A stretch of DNA of 64,000 nt from Gemmataceae bacterium. GTDB lineage: Bacteria > Planctomycetota > Planctomycetia > Gemmatales > Gemmataceae. Of this stretch, positions 1-10,801 are shown in pieces. The notes under the pieces were generated by a model. That model saw only the letters and a list, made by a program, of their open reading frames with translations. It was not told the DNA's origin and ran no database searches. A program made the translations under genes and the position numbers. How positions within the stretch are numbered: the stretch's first letter is position 1; every line of letters begins with the position of its first letter. Location of the stretch: the NCBI GenBank assembly GCA_025055795.1, contig JANWVV010000013.1, positions 24,755-88,754 on the forward strand, in the 5' to 3' direction.

Positions 1-1
1 G

Positions 2-1036
2 GAACGATTCCAGACGTTTGGCGAGGCAATAGTACGAATCGTGCCGTTGCGGGTGCTGCCGACAGAAGCCCGCTACCTGGAGCGTCTGGCCAACGCCCGA
101 GTCATCGCAACTACCCCTGAGTATGCCGACATCCATCGCTTTGAGCTGGCAGCGGGGCGGTTCCTGATCGACAGCGACGATCGCGAACGCAAAAATGTGT
201 GTGTGCTGGGCTCTGCGGTTGCCGATAAATTATTCCCCTTCGAAAATCCGCTGGGTCGTTCGATCCTGATGCGGTCGTTTGAATTTCAAGTGGTCGGCGT
301 CATCCGCGAGCGAATGCCTACCGGGGGCAGTGGCGGCTCGCAAGCGGCCGAGGACTTCAACGACGACATCTACATCCCCCTCCACACCAGCTTTGCCCGT
401 TTTGGCGACATTATCTCGGTGCGGACCTCCGGCTCTCGCATCAATGAAAAAGTGCAATACACCCAGATTACGCTGACTGTTGCTGATATCGATCTGGTCC
501 GCCCTGTCGGACAAGCCATCAAACAGATCTTAGAGGAAGAACATGGGGTCCGACGTGACTGGGCCGTGACCATTCCGCTAGACCGCTTGGAGGAGGCCGA
601 ACGGGCTAAGAATCGGTTCATCACTTTGATGGCCATGATCGCCTCCATTTCACTGCTGGTCGGCGGCATCGGCATCATGAACATCATGCTGGCCACGGTG
701 ACCGAGCGAACCCGCGAAATTGGCATCCGACGGGCCTTGGGGGCCAAACGCCGCGACATTATCCTGCAATTTCTGGTCGAAGCCATGGTGCAAACCACCT
801 TAGGAGGAATCCTGGGGGTGATCATCGGTCTGGCCATGGTCTATCTGGTGCCAGCGGCCTGGAGCCGGATGCTCGAATGGGGCTGGTTTAGCGGTGGGCC
901 GCTCCCGGCCAAAGTCCATGTGCCTATCATCTTCGTGTCGCTGGCCTTCTCGATCCTGGTCGGTGTCGGCTTCGGACTCTATCCCGCCTGGCGTGCCTCC
1001 CGTCTGGACCCCATCGAAGCGCTCCGCCACGAATAA
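2..1036 (+). CDS. MacB/FtsX-family ABC transporter permease, 5'-truncated by window edge
   Basis: Motifs GGIGIMNIMLATVTERTREIGIRRALGA and PAWRASRLDPIEALRHE. The frame is open from position 2, so the true start lies upstream of the window. Confidence 0.93.
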   Translation, partial: ERFQTFGEAIVRIVPLRVLPTEARYLERLANARVIATTPEYADIHRFELAAGRFLIDSDDRERKNVCVLGSAVADKLFPFENPLGRSILMRSFEFQVVGVIRERMPTGGSGGSQAAEDFNDDIYIPLHTSFARFGDIISVRTSGSRINEKVQYTQITLTVADIDLVRPVGQAIKQILEEEHGVRRDWAVTIPLDRLEEAERAKNRFITLMAMIASISLLVGGIGIMNIMLATVTERTREIGIRRALGAKRRDIILQFLVEAMVQTTLGGILGVIIGLAMVYLVPAAWSRMLEWGWFSGGPLPAKVHVPIIFVSLAFSILVGVGFGLYPAWRASRLDPIEALRHE

Positions 1037-1749
1037 ATACCCCGACGGCTCCGCCGCTATCGACCGAGCGAAAGGCATTTATGCCCCAAAACGGGGAGGA
1101 CACCACCTTCAACAGCCATAGTGGGTGGTTAACCCCCACTCGCAGCATTTGGCATACCACTGCTTAGCCGAGACCGTAACCGTCCACTACGCGGTAAACC
1201 TTGCCTGATCTCAGGGCCGGTTGCCGCTGGAAGTAGTTGAGGGTCTGCCAATGCAAGCAGGAAGCCTTGGCATGGATTCGTCGCCCCTTGCCGTTGGGGA
1301 GGGTGACGTGCCAAACTGGTCCATCCAGGGCAATGAAAGACAGGATTCCAAAATTTTTCGGATTTTTGACTACCTTTTTTCCGGGGAGCAGCATATATTG
1401 GAAATAACTTGTTCTGGGCGGCCCAGAACAGCGAGGGATTTCCCGGCTGATAAAAGCGTATCCGGTCGGATTGAGCGGACGATCAGCTTGCTGAGCCTTG
1501 TGACAGGTCCTTCCGTGCCTTGCCTTAGCTCCGAGCGTCTCACGCTGGCCTATCTCCGGTACGTCTCTTCCCCGGCAGTTGCCGCTGCGACGGTTTTTTG
1601 AACCGCGGTGGTTCAGTTACGGTGGCATGTGTTCGAGGAGGTGGTATCAGCAGGGGAAAGCTCCCGGTTGCGTGTCGCAACTGTCTGTAAGGTTCGTGGT
1701 AAGGTGCGCCCGGTGGCACCAAGCAAACGACCGGGGAGGTAGGCGAACT

Positions 1750-2082
1750 ATGGCCAGCAAGAATCTGTATGTTGGGAATCTGCCGTTTGCGGCCACTGAT
1801 CAGGACCTGACGGAGCTATTTTCCCAGTTTGGGGTAGTGATCAAGGCACAGGTGATCGTGGACCGCGAAACGGGTCGGAGCCGGGGATTCGGTTTTGTGG
1901 AAATGAGTAGCGGTGCCGACGAGGCAATTGCTGCCGTCAACGGCTATGAGTACGGTGGCCGGCGGCTAACAGTTAACGAGGCCCGTCCCCGTCAGGAGCG
2001 TCCACGTAGCAATCAGGGTAACTACGGGGGTCGCGGCAACTACGGCCGGGGCGGACGGGGTCACTACGGCGAACGCTACTAA
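1750..2082 (+). CDS. RRM (RNP-1) RNA-binding protein with Gly/Arg/Tyr-rich tail
   Basis: RNP2 LYVGNL and RNP1 RGFGFVEM. ATG at 1750 is preceded by GGAGG; the listed ORF is over-extended at the 5' end. Confidence 0.95.
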   Translation: MASKNLYVGNLPFAATDQDLTELFSQFGVVIKAQVIVDRETGRSRGFGFVEMSSGADEAIAAVNGYEYGGRRLTVNEARPRQERPRSNQGNYGGRGNYGRGGRGHYGERY

Positions 2083-2319
2083 GCTCCTTGTCGCATGCAA
2101 AAATAGCCACGGCTTATCCTCCAGTGAACACTGGAGAGTTGCTCAAAGTTAGCGACGCCGACAGGCCATCATAGCTCGGCCGACTTGGTAGGATGCTTAT
2201 GAATACTGTGCATTCCTCCACCTCGCTTGCATTGCTTTGCTGAGGTGGAACACTATAATTAACGTTTTGAAATCTGCAAGGACCACAAATGGGACCACAT
2301 CCCAGCCTGATGATACCCA

Positions 2320-4326
2320 TCAGGTTTTTTTGTGTCCCGTTAGAGATGAAGTAGGAGCGATTCTGAGCGTTTCTGATGGCCGTTGGGCTGCAGCTTCCGA
2401 GGGTGTTTCGGCCAGATAGCGGAGGTCGCCGTCGCGACGGGTCAGGCCGATACGGTCGAGATATTCGCACAGTGGCACCGCATATTTGCGGGTAGTACCG
2501 AGCAGATCGCGGATCTCCGCTACGGTCAGTCCTCCCCCTTGCTGCAGACGAGCGAGAATGCGGCGGCGCATTTCCGCTTCGGCCTCGGCAGCTAGATAGA
2601 GCTGATCGCTAATGTGGACTAGCAGTCCTTCGGCCACGGCCACTTCATAAATGTCTTTGAGGGCGTGGGCATTGCCACCGGCCTGGGAGACAAAGTCCTT
2701 GGGCTCGGGTGGCTGGAACGGCGCCGCCTGGTGAGCTGCGACAATGCGATCCTTCAGCTTGCGTTGATTGACACTCAGACGCGGTTTGAACTGGGCGTGA
2801 GCGATGCGGTGTGCGTCGCCTACTAGCTGACGATGAGCCAGCAAGCGATCGATCAAGGCCTGGACCAGATCAGCTTCACCCAACGAACCAAGTTGCGCTA
2901 CAACCTTCTGCCGGTCCAGACTGGTTAGCAACGGTTGCTGCTGATGCAAGTTCATCACCAGGGTCAGGACGCGTTGTTCGGCTTCCTCGATCCTTTGGGC
3001 ATGCAGCAAGCGGTAGCGACCATTGGGCAGAGTCAAGGCGATCAGCGTGCCTGCCCGTTGCAATTGTTCCTGCAACGTCTGGATTTGCGAGGGGGCGATG
3101 CCTGCGTCGCGGACGCCAGTGGTTCCGTCGATCCCCTCCAGACCGGCAAACCAGGCCACAGCCGCCAGACGTTGGGACGGCTCCGCTGATTCAAGCTTTT
3201 CCAGTTGCTCGATCATATCAATATGGCGGCGGCGGATTTTACGAGCGACCGGTTGCAGCACCCGTCCTCCCCCCAGGGTCCGGGTGGCTGCAGCGTCCCG
3301 TAAAACGAAAGGCTGTCCCCACACGGTGGTCACGGGGTGTTCCAGGAATAGTTGGGCCAGGGCAGTCGTGCCAGGTTGGACCGTATCGGTATCGAGCAGG
3401 GTCAGTGTGCCCATCACTTCAGCGGTGCCGACGTGTACACGGCAACTGAGACGGTGGCGCAAGCCACGAGTGTGGAAGGTCGTGGCCTCGACGCGGACGC
3501 TGAGCACCCGGCTGGGGCGCAGATAACCCGGCGTGAATAATTCCTGGCCGCGATGCACGGCCTCGTGAGGGACGCCCGCCAGGTTAATACCGGCCCGCTG
3601 GCCGCGATGCACTTCCGGGACCGGCCGACCATGATTGGTCAGGCCCCGCACGCGGACCCGCTCCACCACCCCATCCCCCCGGTGCCACTCCAGTTCATCG
3701 CCGACCCGCACCTGCCCCGAAGGGACCGATCCGGTTACCACTGTTCCGTGTCCCTGTACCACAAAGGCTCGGTCGATCGGCAGTCGGAACCAGTGCTGCT
3801 GGTCCGGCACGTTTACCTGGGCACAGAGCCGCTCCAACTCGACCTTCAGGCGGTCCAACCCTTCGCCCGTCACCACAGAAGTCGGCACGATCGGTGCATC
3901 TTCCAGGAATGTCCCCTGCAGCAGTTCACGAACTTCCATCAAAGCCACTTCGCGGGTGGTAGCGTCGACCAGGTCCACTTTGGTCAAAGCCACCAGGCCA
4001 TGGCGGATGCCCAACAGCTTGAGGATGGCCAGGTGTTCACGAGTCTGGGGCATGACCGAGTCGTCAGCGGCCACCACTAGCAGGGCCAGATCGATTCCCG
4101 TAGCTCCGGCCAGCATGTTGCGCACGAACCGCTCGTGGCCCGGTACGTCAACTATCCCCAGCCGGTATTCGCCGACCTCCAGATGAGCAAAGCCGATGTC
4201 GATAGTGATGCCACGGGCCTTTTCCTCAGGCAACCGGTCGCAATCGATGCCTGTCAAGGCCTTGATCAGCGACGTTTTTCCATGATCGATGTGACCAGCA
4301 GTACCCAGGATCAGATCACAGGGCAT
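2320..4326 (-). CDS. selB: Selenocysteine-specific translation elongation factor SelB
   Basis: [36 protein letters not shown] and C-terminal winged-helix motif [24 protein letters not shown]. Start placed at MPCDLILG (4326). Confidence 0.96.
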   Translation of the reverse strand: MPCDLILGTAGHIDHGKTSLIKALTGIDCDRLPEEKARGITIDIGFAHLEVGEYRLGIVDVPGHERFVRNMLAGATGIDLALLVVAADDSVMPQTREHLAILKLLGIRHGLVALTKVDLVDATTREVALMEVRELLQGTFLEDAPIVPTSVVTGEGLDRLKVELERLCAQVNVPDQQHWFRLPIDRAFVVQGHGTVVTGSVPSGQVRVGDELEWHRGDGVVERVRVRGLTNHGRPVPEVHRGQRAGINLAGVPHEAVHRGQELFTPGYLRPSRVLSVRVEATTFHTRGLRHRLSCRVHVGTAEVMGTLTLLDTDTVQPGTTALAQLFLEHPVTTVWGQPFVLRDAAATRTLGGGRVLQPVARKIRRRHIDMIEQLEKLESAEPSQRLAAVAWFAGLEGIDGTTGVRDAGIAPSQIQTLQEQLQRAGTLIALTLPNGRYRLLHAQRIEEAEQRVLTLVMNLHQQQPLLTSLDRQKVVAQLGSLGEADLVQALIDRLLAHRQLVGDAHRIAHAQFKPRLSVNQRKLKDRIVAAHQAAPFQPPEPKDFVSQAGGNAHALKDIYEVAVAEGLLVHISDQLYLAAEAEAEMRRRILARLQQGGGLTVAEIRDLLGTTRKYAVPLCEYLDRIGLTRRDGDLRYLAETPSEAAAQRPSETLRIAPTSSLTGHKKT

Positions 4327-4620
4327 AATTCGTTCCTCGCTTGCCTGGCCCATTCCATTGTACTTCGACGACAATAACGCAACCGGCCCAGACTTGTTCC
4401 TATCGCTACCTTCAGGAACGCCAGGGCTATCCGCTTCGTTGCGTACAAACTGTTTTAAAGGATGGAGACTTACTACGCAGGAGCGAGGGAGGGGAGGGCC
4501 TTCCACTCGTTAACGGGCGTTGGCACAAACTGTCGCAGCGTGCTTCCGCTTGCGGGAATGTGTTCACCCTTGACAAAGCAAAGGGCAAAAGCGGTGTTGT
4601 AGTGATTGGGGGTGAGTCGC

Positions 4621-6594
4621 CTATGAACGTTGCCAGATGTAGATGGTGCCCAGATTACGAACGGGGATTTGTCGGACAGCGTGGAAGCGGTCCTGATTGT
4701 ACAAGGCGGTCAGGATGGCGGTGTTGTCGTGCCGATGGGGGGGCGGCTCATAGAGCGGACTGGTCGGGGGAATTTCCACGTAAACGATCACTTCGACTCC
4801 GGTGGCAGCCAGCCAGCGTTGGGCATCCTGGAGAGAGACGGGGTCAAACACGCCGATTTCGCGCAGGTTGTGGTGCAGATTGTTTTTGTGGCCAAACCGT
4901 TCCAGGAATGGCCAGCGCCAGGACGCCTCTGGCAGGTTGCACAGCACGGCGGTAGGTCGCTGACCGTCCAGTTGCGACAGATAGACGTCGTACAGCTCGC
5001 GTAGGCTGTCGGATGGGGTGCCATAGCCGCGTCCGAACCAGGGGTGCACTTGCGGCGGCTGGGCAACGGCCGCTCCGAGGCCCCCGAGGATGATGCCAAC
5101 CATCAAGGCCTGGACCAACCACATCCCCACGGACAGCCCGGCACCCAACCGCTGGAACGTGTGGCGTAACAGATTCAACAGCGTCGCCAGACCAACCCCA
5201 CTAAGCACCCACAACAGGGGAAGCCAGGTGTGCACGAAGCGGATCTGGGCGTTGGGATGGAGGAGGGTCAGGCTGGCTGCGGCAAATAAAAACAGGACGG
5301 GGGCCCAGCGCCAGGGGCGTCCCCCGCGCTGTGCTAGCAGACCAACCAGACCGATGACGGCCAGACCGACGCTGCCGACTAGTAGCCAGCGATGCAAGTA
5401 ATAATTGCTAGCGATTCCACCGGCGTAGAATTGCAATTTCTGCAGCCAGCTCAGCTGCAGCACACCCGGATTGTTGCCTGGACCAGCATACCAGACGAAA
5501 TAATGCAGCCGGAACGGCAACGCCAGCCAGACGAGCACCGGCAGACCCGCCCATTCAATTAGGGTGCGCCAGGCCTCTCCGGCATGCCGTTGTACGGCAC
5601 GGCGTCCGCTACGGAACCACCAGCCGAGCAGGCGGACCAGGAATAACAGGTAAGCGGTTTCGATAAGTAACCGAGGGCGGTGGATCTCGAAATGCCAAGG
5701 GCCCAAGCCCAGGTATACCCCTTGCAAGTACCAGATGACCCCGCTGACAACCAGCAAAGCCAGGATCAGGTAGTGGAGAGGGTGAGTCAGTTGTCGGTAC
5801 AGCCATTTGCGTTCGGGGAGGGCCGCGAGCACAATGGACAAACATCGTTTCGCAGAAGGGGCTTGCCACCCGATTTGATGAGCGATCAGCGCGACAATAG
5901 TTAATCCCCAGTAGTTGTATTTGTGCAGGAACAAGGCCGCGAGGAGCCCTCCCAGCCAGGCGGCCCGACGGGTTGAAGGGGACTCCACCCAACGGGCATA
6001 GGCCACGAGCACAGCCAGGGTCAACGCCAGGCCAAGACTTTCCAGCATGACGTCGGTGGCCATGACACGTAGGGCCGGACTGCTCAACAGCAAGGCAGCG
6101 GCCAACAGACCGCCGAGCAGGCCGGCAGGCCCCCGCAGCAGACGCTGGACTAGCCAAAAGGCGAGTGCGCCGGCCGTTAGCCAGCCTAATACGCCGGGTA
6201 ATACGGCTGCCTCCGGCAGCGGGCCTGTCACAGCAAGCACCAGCCCTAGCAGCAGCGGATGTAGCAGTGGCCAGGCGACGCTGGCGGCATCCAGGTCCCG
6301 CAGCGCTTGGAGTAAATGCCCCTGTCGTAATTCGCAAGCGATACCCAGGGCTGCCTGATAATGGGCGTTGCGGTCGTGGTAAATGCTGGACCAGCGCAGT
6401 GGCAGTTGTTGCAGGTACTGGCGATAGGTCATCAGCCCGGCCCAGAGCATCAGGCAGGCGAGAACACTGCCGTAGAGCAATAAAGGGACCTGGGAGCGGT
6501 CCGGGCCGCGGGGAGGTAGGGTCAGACCACGGCCCGTGGTGCCCAGAGCGGCAGCCACCAGGGAGCAAGCTGATGGAAGATCTGTTGACCGCAT
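4621..6594 (-). CDS. Polytopic GT-C fold glycosyltransferase (ArnT/PMT, GT39/83-like)
   Basis: Many TM segments, early loop YHDRNAHY, motif MATDVMLESLG..LHKYNYW, soluble C-terminal domain. Confidence 0.65.
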   Translation of the reverse strand: MRSTDLPSACSLVAAALGTTGRGLTLPPRGPDRSQVPLLLYGSVLACLMLWAGLMTYRQYLQQLPLRWSSIYHDRNAHYQAALGIACELRQGHLLQALRDLDAASVAWPLLHPLLLGLVLAVTGPLPEAAVLPGVLGWLTAGALAFWLVQRLLRGPAGLLGGLLAAALLLSSPALRVMATDVMLESLGLALTLAVLVAYARWVESPSTRRAAWLGGLLAALFLHKYNYWGLTIVALIAHQIGWQAPSAKRCLSIVLAALPERKWLYRQLTHPLHYLILALLVVSGVIWYLQGVYLGLGPWHFEIHRPRLLIETAYLLFLVRLLGWWFRSGRRAVQRHAGEAWRTLIEWAGLPVLVWLALPFRLHYFVWYAGPGNNPGVLQLSWLQKLQFYAGGIASNYYLHRWLLVGSVGLAVIGLVGLLAQRGGRPWRWAPVLFLFAAASLTLLHPNAQIRFVHTWLPLLWVLSGVGLATLLNLLRHTFQRLGAGLSVGMWLVQALMVGIILGGLGAAVAQPPQVHPWFGRGYGTPSDSLRELYDVYLSQLDGQRPTAVLCNLPEASWRWPFLERFGHKNNLHHNLREIGVFDPVSLQDAQRWLAATGVEVIVYVEIPPTSPLYEPPPHRHDNTAILTALYNQDRFHAVRQIPVRNLGTIYIWQRS

Positions 6595-6778
6595 GTGGAT
6601 CTCCCGCTAACAAACAAGCCATAAGAACGTTGACAACGCCACGGAGGCGGGCGGGGGTGCAGTCGAGTATCACCGGCACACCCACGGCATCCCATACCAT
6701 TCCTTGACGGCAAACGACTATCCCAATCGGCAGAAGCGCCCAGCTCGGCTAAAGCTTTCTGCCATTGAGGAGGCAGCC

Positions 6779-7405
6779 ATGCTGGGGATTACTCTCAATC
6801 CGCAACAGTTTCTGGCCCGGGTAGCGGAAGAGTTGCACCGAATTGACCCGGCTCAGGTGCAACGCCTGGCCGACCTGATTTATGAGCGTTACCAGCACGA
6901 ACGCTTCGTGTTCCTGATTGGCAACGGCGGTAGTGGCTCCAACGCCTCGCACTTTTGCGAAGACCTGGGCAAAGGCACCCTCCACCGACGTTTCTTCGAC
7001 GATGACCGCAAACGCCGCCTGAAAGTGCTGAGCCTGACCGATAATACGCCCTATATCCTGGCTTGGGGCAATGACGAAGGGTTCGACCGTGTATTCGTGG
7101 AACAATTGAAAAACCTGGCCAGTCCCGGCGACCTGCTGATTGCCATCAGTGGCTCAGGCAATAGCCCCAATGTTCTGCGGGCCGTCGAGTGGGCCAATGC
7201 CCACGGCCTGACCACTTTTGGCTGTACCGGCTTCTCCGGAGGCCGCCTACGGCAAATCGCCCACTACGGACTGCACGTTCCCCTCGACGACATGGGCATC
7301 GTGGAGTCGATTCACCTGACCGTTTTCCACTGGGTGGTCGACGACTTGTACCGTCGCATCAGCCTGGAAGAAAACGGACAGTCGCCGAGCGGTTCTACCC
7401 CGTAA
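6779..7405 (+). CDS. gmhA: SIS-domain sugar isomerase, phosphoheptose isomerase GmhA-like
   Basis: [46 protein letters not shown] 6779 follows GAGGAGG. Confidence 0.8.
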   Translation: MLGITLNPQQFLARVAEELHRIDPAQVQRLADLIYERYQHERFVFLIGNGGSGSNASHFCEDLGKGTLHRRFFDDDRKRRLKVLSLTDNTPYILAWGNDEGFDRVFVEQLKNLASPGDLLIAISGSGNSPNVLRAVEWANAHGLTTFGCTGFSGGRLRQIAHYGLHVPLDDMGIVESIHLTVFHWVVDDLYRRISLEENGQSPSGSTP

Positions 7406-7511
7406 GGCGACCGACCCGTCGCAATCTCCGTGAGCTCCTCGGGCCGCTGGTGTGCGAAGGGACAGCGGAGTGATAGGAGGAGCGTTTGTGGTGGATAGTG
7501 GGGGCGAGCAG

Positions 7512-10355
7512 TTACTGCTGTGCAGCGGCCCGAGGAGCCGGGGCCTCGGGAACACCCTCGATGGGGAACGAGAGTTTCTCGCCCGCTGGAGCAGTAGTTT
7601 CTTTGCCGGGCGTGCTGGGCGGCGGGTTTGCCGGTTTTTCCTTGTCCGAGGGCGGTAGCGGATCGGTGCGGATTTCGGCTTGACGCGTCCGCTTGGGGTA
7701 AACCAGGGGGGCGTGCCGGTCCAGATCGGGAAGGGGTTCGCCTCCGGCACGTGTAGCCATGGCCAAAAGCACCTTCTTGTCGATGTCGGCAGGGATGAAG
7801 CGGATGTCGCCGTTGGCCATCAAGGCGTAGGTGCCCGGTTTGCCCTCGGGAGTGGCAAAGGTATGGCGGAAGCCGTCGAGTGGATCATTTTCGTTGAGTC
7901 CCCGGACCGTGGCCCCTCCGCCCGCTAGCCAAGGTTGCGACAATCCCGGTGCCGCTTGCATCATGTAGATCGTTTTGTCCAAACCGTCGGTGATCTCGTC
8001 GATCGTCGAGCCCCAATCGTACCCGGTGATACCCACTTTTTTGGCATGAGCCGGATTTTTCGGGTCATACCGGGCGGCATCCAGACCTACGCCGGCAATG
8101 GCGACAAAGTGGGTGGCCCCGACGAGCCGTCCATCGGGCACCAAGGGGGAACTGGCCCGCCATTCGTTGTGCGGATACCAGGGGCAGAGAGCTTCCGGCA
8201 GCCAGCTTTCGGCGCCGTTGAGGTTCTTTTCGTCGTACCAGGGCAGACTGGGGTCGATCTGCCGGTAGATTTCATCCCTTCCGAGTAATGGCAGCAGTTC
8301 GTAGAAGAAGCTCACCCGGGCCCGAGGAGGACGGGTTAATCCGAAGCGGCTGCTTTCCGCACTGCGGGAGACAATCGTCCCTGGCGGGAAAGGCCGGCGT
8401 TGGGCCGTCATCCGTTGAACCAGGTCGCTCAGCCCCTGCATGGGCACTTCCGCTGCGTACACGGCCATTTTACCTTTAAGACCGTTGAACTGGCTGAATA
8501 ACGGCGGTGCGAGCACCTGCCGGTAGGTTTCGTCGCTCCAGCGAAAATCAAAGTTCACAATGACATCGGCGTCAGCGATCTGGAGCTGCAGGAGCGACTC
8601 CGGTTTTTTCTCGCCCCCGGGCTGCGTGGTCGGACCAGGGGGCATTCCCGGGTAACCGGGCAGACCTGGATAACCAGGGGGCATCTGGCCCCCTTCGCCC
8701 GGACCAGCTCCATCAGGCGAGCCGGTACCGCCGGGTGGTAGGCCTGGAGGTGCACCTCCGGGTGGTACTGGGCCTACGCCTGGCGCAGCGGCACCGGGCG
8801 GTGTACTTGGCGGCGGAATCAACCCTCCGGGTGGTGTGCCGCTCCCCGGAGGTGTGGGGAAGCCTCCTGGAGGCATGGGGAATCCCCCCGGCGGCATGGG
8901 GAAGGGATAGCCCGGAGTGGTGCCGCCGCCGGTAGTGCCCGCCATCGCCAGGTTGCGGAATTCCACACGGCTGTCCAAGGCCTGACCTAACAGTGGAGCG
9001 GCCAAGGCCAGGGCGGGGGCAAAGACGTCCCGCAATGTTTCGACCGCTGCAGCGTCCGAATACAAAACCAGGCGCAGGCCGCCCGATAATTGCCGGGTCG
9101 ACACCGTGGTCAGGCGGGCCCCCAGATACCGGGTTTTCTCCTTAAGAGGTTCTAGCAGTGGATTGGCAGCCTGATAGTGGCTTTTCAGTTCCAGGGGCGT
9201 AAAGCCACCGGGCAAGGCCCGTTCGGCATACACGAATAACGGTGGCGTTTCGTCCTCGGCCCCTAATGCTTTCAGCAGACGTTTCAATTGAGGATCGATC
9301 GTTTGATACATGGGCCGCTCGGACTGCTCACTGAGCAGTTTGGGAATGCCCGCCGGGGTCAACTCACTCAAGTAGCGGGCCAGCAGTTCATGGTCACCTA
9401 CCAGGATGTGCTGGGTGTCGTACAGACATACGCCCAAGGGGCGTGGGGCCGCTAAGTTGACCAGGGGGGGCATTTTCTCGAACAAGGTGCCGAAAAGTGA
9501 ACGGAAATTGATTGTATTAGCGGCAGCCTGCATGAAGGGGTTATTTTTGACGATGAACAGCGGCCGCCCCTGGACAATGCTTTGCCCTTCCAGTCCCTTG
9601 ATCCCCTGGGCCAACGTGGCAATTGCCTCGGGTTCTGCCAGGCGGATGATACCGAAGGGGAGGCGTTGCTCGCCCACGTAGGCGTGGTAGTAGGTGGCCA
9701 CCCGCTCTGGCGGCAGACCGAAGGAGTCCTGGAACAGCCGCGTCATCCCTCGATCAAACAGCGAGCTGATCGGGGCCGCTGGACGCAACCGGTCGATGGC
9801 AAACCGATAGACGGCCACTGCGTCGTTGGGTAACAGATTGGTTGCGGCGCGTTCGTCTTTGTCGCTGGGGGGATGATGGGCTTTGGGGCGTGGCTGATTT
9901 GGTTGCGGATTTCCATCGCCCGGGTTGTCACCAGGCGTGCTGTTACCATCTCCGGCCCCATTTCCCGCCGGCGGATTAAACGTCGTGATCGGCCCGGGGG
10001 CAGGACCCACATAATTTGGCCCTTTGCCAGACGAACCACCCCCTCCGCTGAATAGCAAGGCACCGACGACGACTAGAACCAGCACACCACCCGCACCAGC
10101 CGCAACGGCCACGATCATTGTCTTATTTTTTTTGCCGGCTGCTTTTTTCGTAGCAGCTGCTTTGCCGCCTTTTTTATCCTTTTTGTCCTTTTTGTCCGAT
10201 GGACCTTTAGCCTCGTCTGTTTCCTCATCTGCGGGCGGTTCGGCCTTGAACCGGTATTTGCACTTTGGGCATTCGACCTTGGCCCCGCTTTTCTGGTTGG
10301 TCACCAGTACCAGATTCTCACAGCTGGGGCAAGTAACCTTGAAACTACCGGGCAT
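7512..10355 (-). CDS. Large membrane-anchored protein: N-terminal zinc ribbon, Lys-rich linker, one TM helix, Pro/Gly-rich region, C-terminal DUF1559-like domain
   Basis: CPSC..CPKC. TM helix after KKNKT. FPMPPGG repeats. C-terminal ITDGLDKTIY..W..GG..H....GTYALMANGDIRFI resembles DUF1559 ends. Confidence 0.7.
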   Translation of the reverse strand: MPGSFKVTCPSCENLVLVTNQKSGAKVECPKCKYRFKAEPPADEETDEAKGPSDKKDKKDKKGGKAAATKKAAGKKNKTMIVAVAAGAGGVLVLVVVGALLFSGGGGSSGKGPNYVGPAPGPITTFNPPAGNGAGDGNSTPGDNPGDGNPQPNQPRPKAHHPPSDKDERAATNLLPNDAVAVYRFAIDRLRPAAPISSLFDRGMTRLFQDSFGLPPERVATYYHAYVGEQRLPFGIIRLAEPEAIATLAQGIKGLEGQSIVQGRPLFIVKNNPFMQAAANTINFRSLFGTLFEKMPPLVNLAAPRPLGVCLYDTQHILVGDHELLARYLSELTPAGIPKLLSEQSERPMYQTIDPQLKRLLKALGAEDETPPLFVYAERALPGGFTPLELKSHYQAANPLLEPLKEKTRYLGARLTTVSTRQLSGGLRLVLYSDAAAVETLRDVFAPALALAAPLLGQALDSRVEFRNLAMAGTTGGGTTPGYPFPMPPGGFPMPPGGFPTPPGSGTPPGGLIPPPSTPPGAAAPGVGPVPPGGAPPGLPPGGTGSPDGAGPGEGGQMPPGYPGLPGYPGMPPGPTTQPGGEKKPESLLQLQIADADVIVNFDFRWSDETYRQVLAPPLFSQFNGLKGKMAVYAAEVPMQGLSDLVQRMTAQRRPFPPGTIVSRSAESSRFGLTRPPRARVSFFYELLPLLGRDEIYRQIDPSLPWYDEKNLNGAESWLPEALCPWYPHNEWRASSPLVPDGRLVGATHFVAIAGVGLDAARYDPKNPAHAKKVGITGYDWGSTIDEITDGLDKTIYMMQAAPGLSQPWLAGGGATVRGLNENDPLDGFRHTFATPEGKPGTYALMANGDIRFIPADIDKKVLLAMATRAGGEPLPDLDRHAPLVYPKRTRQAEIRTDPLPPSDKEKPANPPPSTPGKETTAPAGEKLSFPIEGVPEAPAPRAAAQQ

Positions 10356-10801
10356 ATTGCCTCCCCGCGGGCTGGATCCCGCCTCTGTGCCCTGATACCC
10401 ACCTTGCTGGTCATCTTAGCGAATGGCCGATACCCCTTGCAAAGGGAATCGAACGTTTTCCTGCCACACTTTTCGCCATAGTAGCCGAACCATTGGGCGG
10501 AGGAGTCGCCCTCCATATTCGCCCAATTTGCGTGGCTGCCTGCCGCTGGTATTCGGGTAATCTTCCTCGTGACACTGCTCCTGCGGATGCGACACCATGG
10601 TTCGCCGCAAGGTTTACACCAACGGAGGTTTCTTTAAGTGTCCGGTGCATCATCAGCGGTAGTAGTCCTGTAACAGGTACAACGGATCTGCATCTGGATC
10701 TGTTGGTTGCGGTTTTTCTGATTGTGCGGTTGCAACTTGTGAGGTTGCAACTTAAGAATTGGCGTGAAGTTGAGGTGAACGGACAAAGGCGAGGGTGGGA
10801 C

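Noticed and set aside
2383-4377. Many long opposite-strand or alternate-frame ORFs over selB, and similarly over act/cta genes, asnS and smc
   Set aside because: Shadow ORFs typical of high-GC DNA. They are Arg/Pro/Ala-rich, have no motifs, and overlap well-supported genes.
4327-4506. 60-aa N-terminal extension of SelB in the ORF track (similar extensions on ctaA, ctaC, actB, actD, DUF11)
   Set aside because: Family homology begins at the downstream Met/Val, and in several cases an RBS or stop/start overlap marks that internal start.
8590-8940. GC-rich short repeats that might suggest a repeat array or CRISPR
   Set aside because: They encode the Pro/Gly low-complexity linker of the 947-aa protein. 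There is no constant repeat with unique spacers, and I saw no CRISPR array or cas gene in the window.
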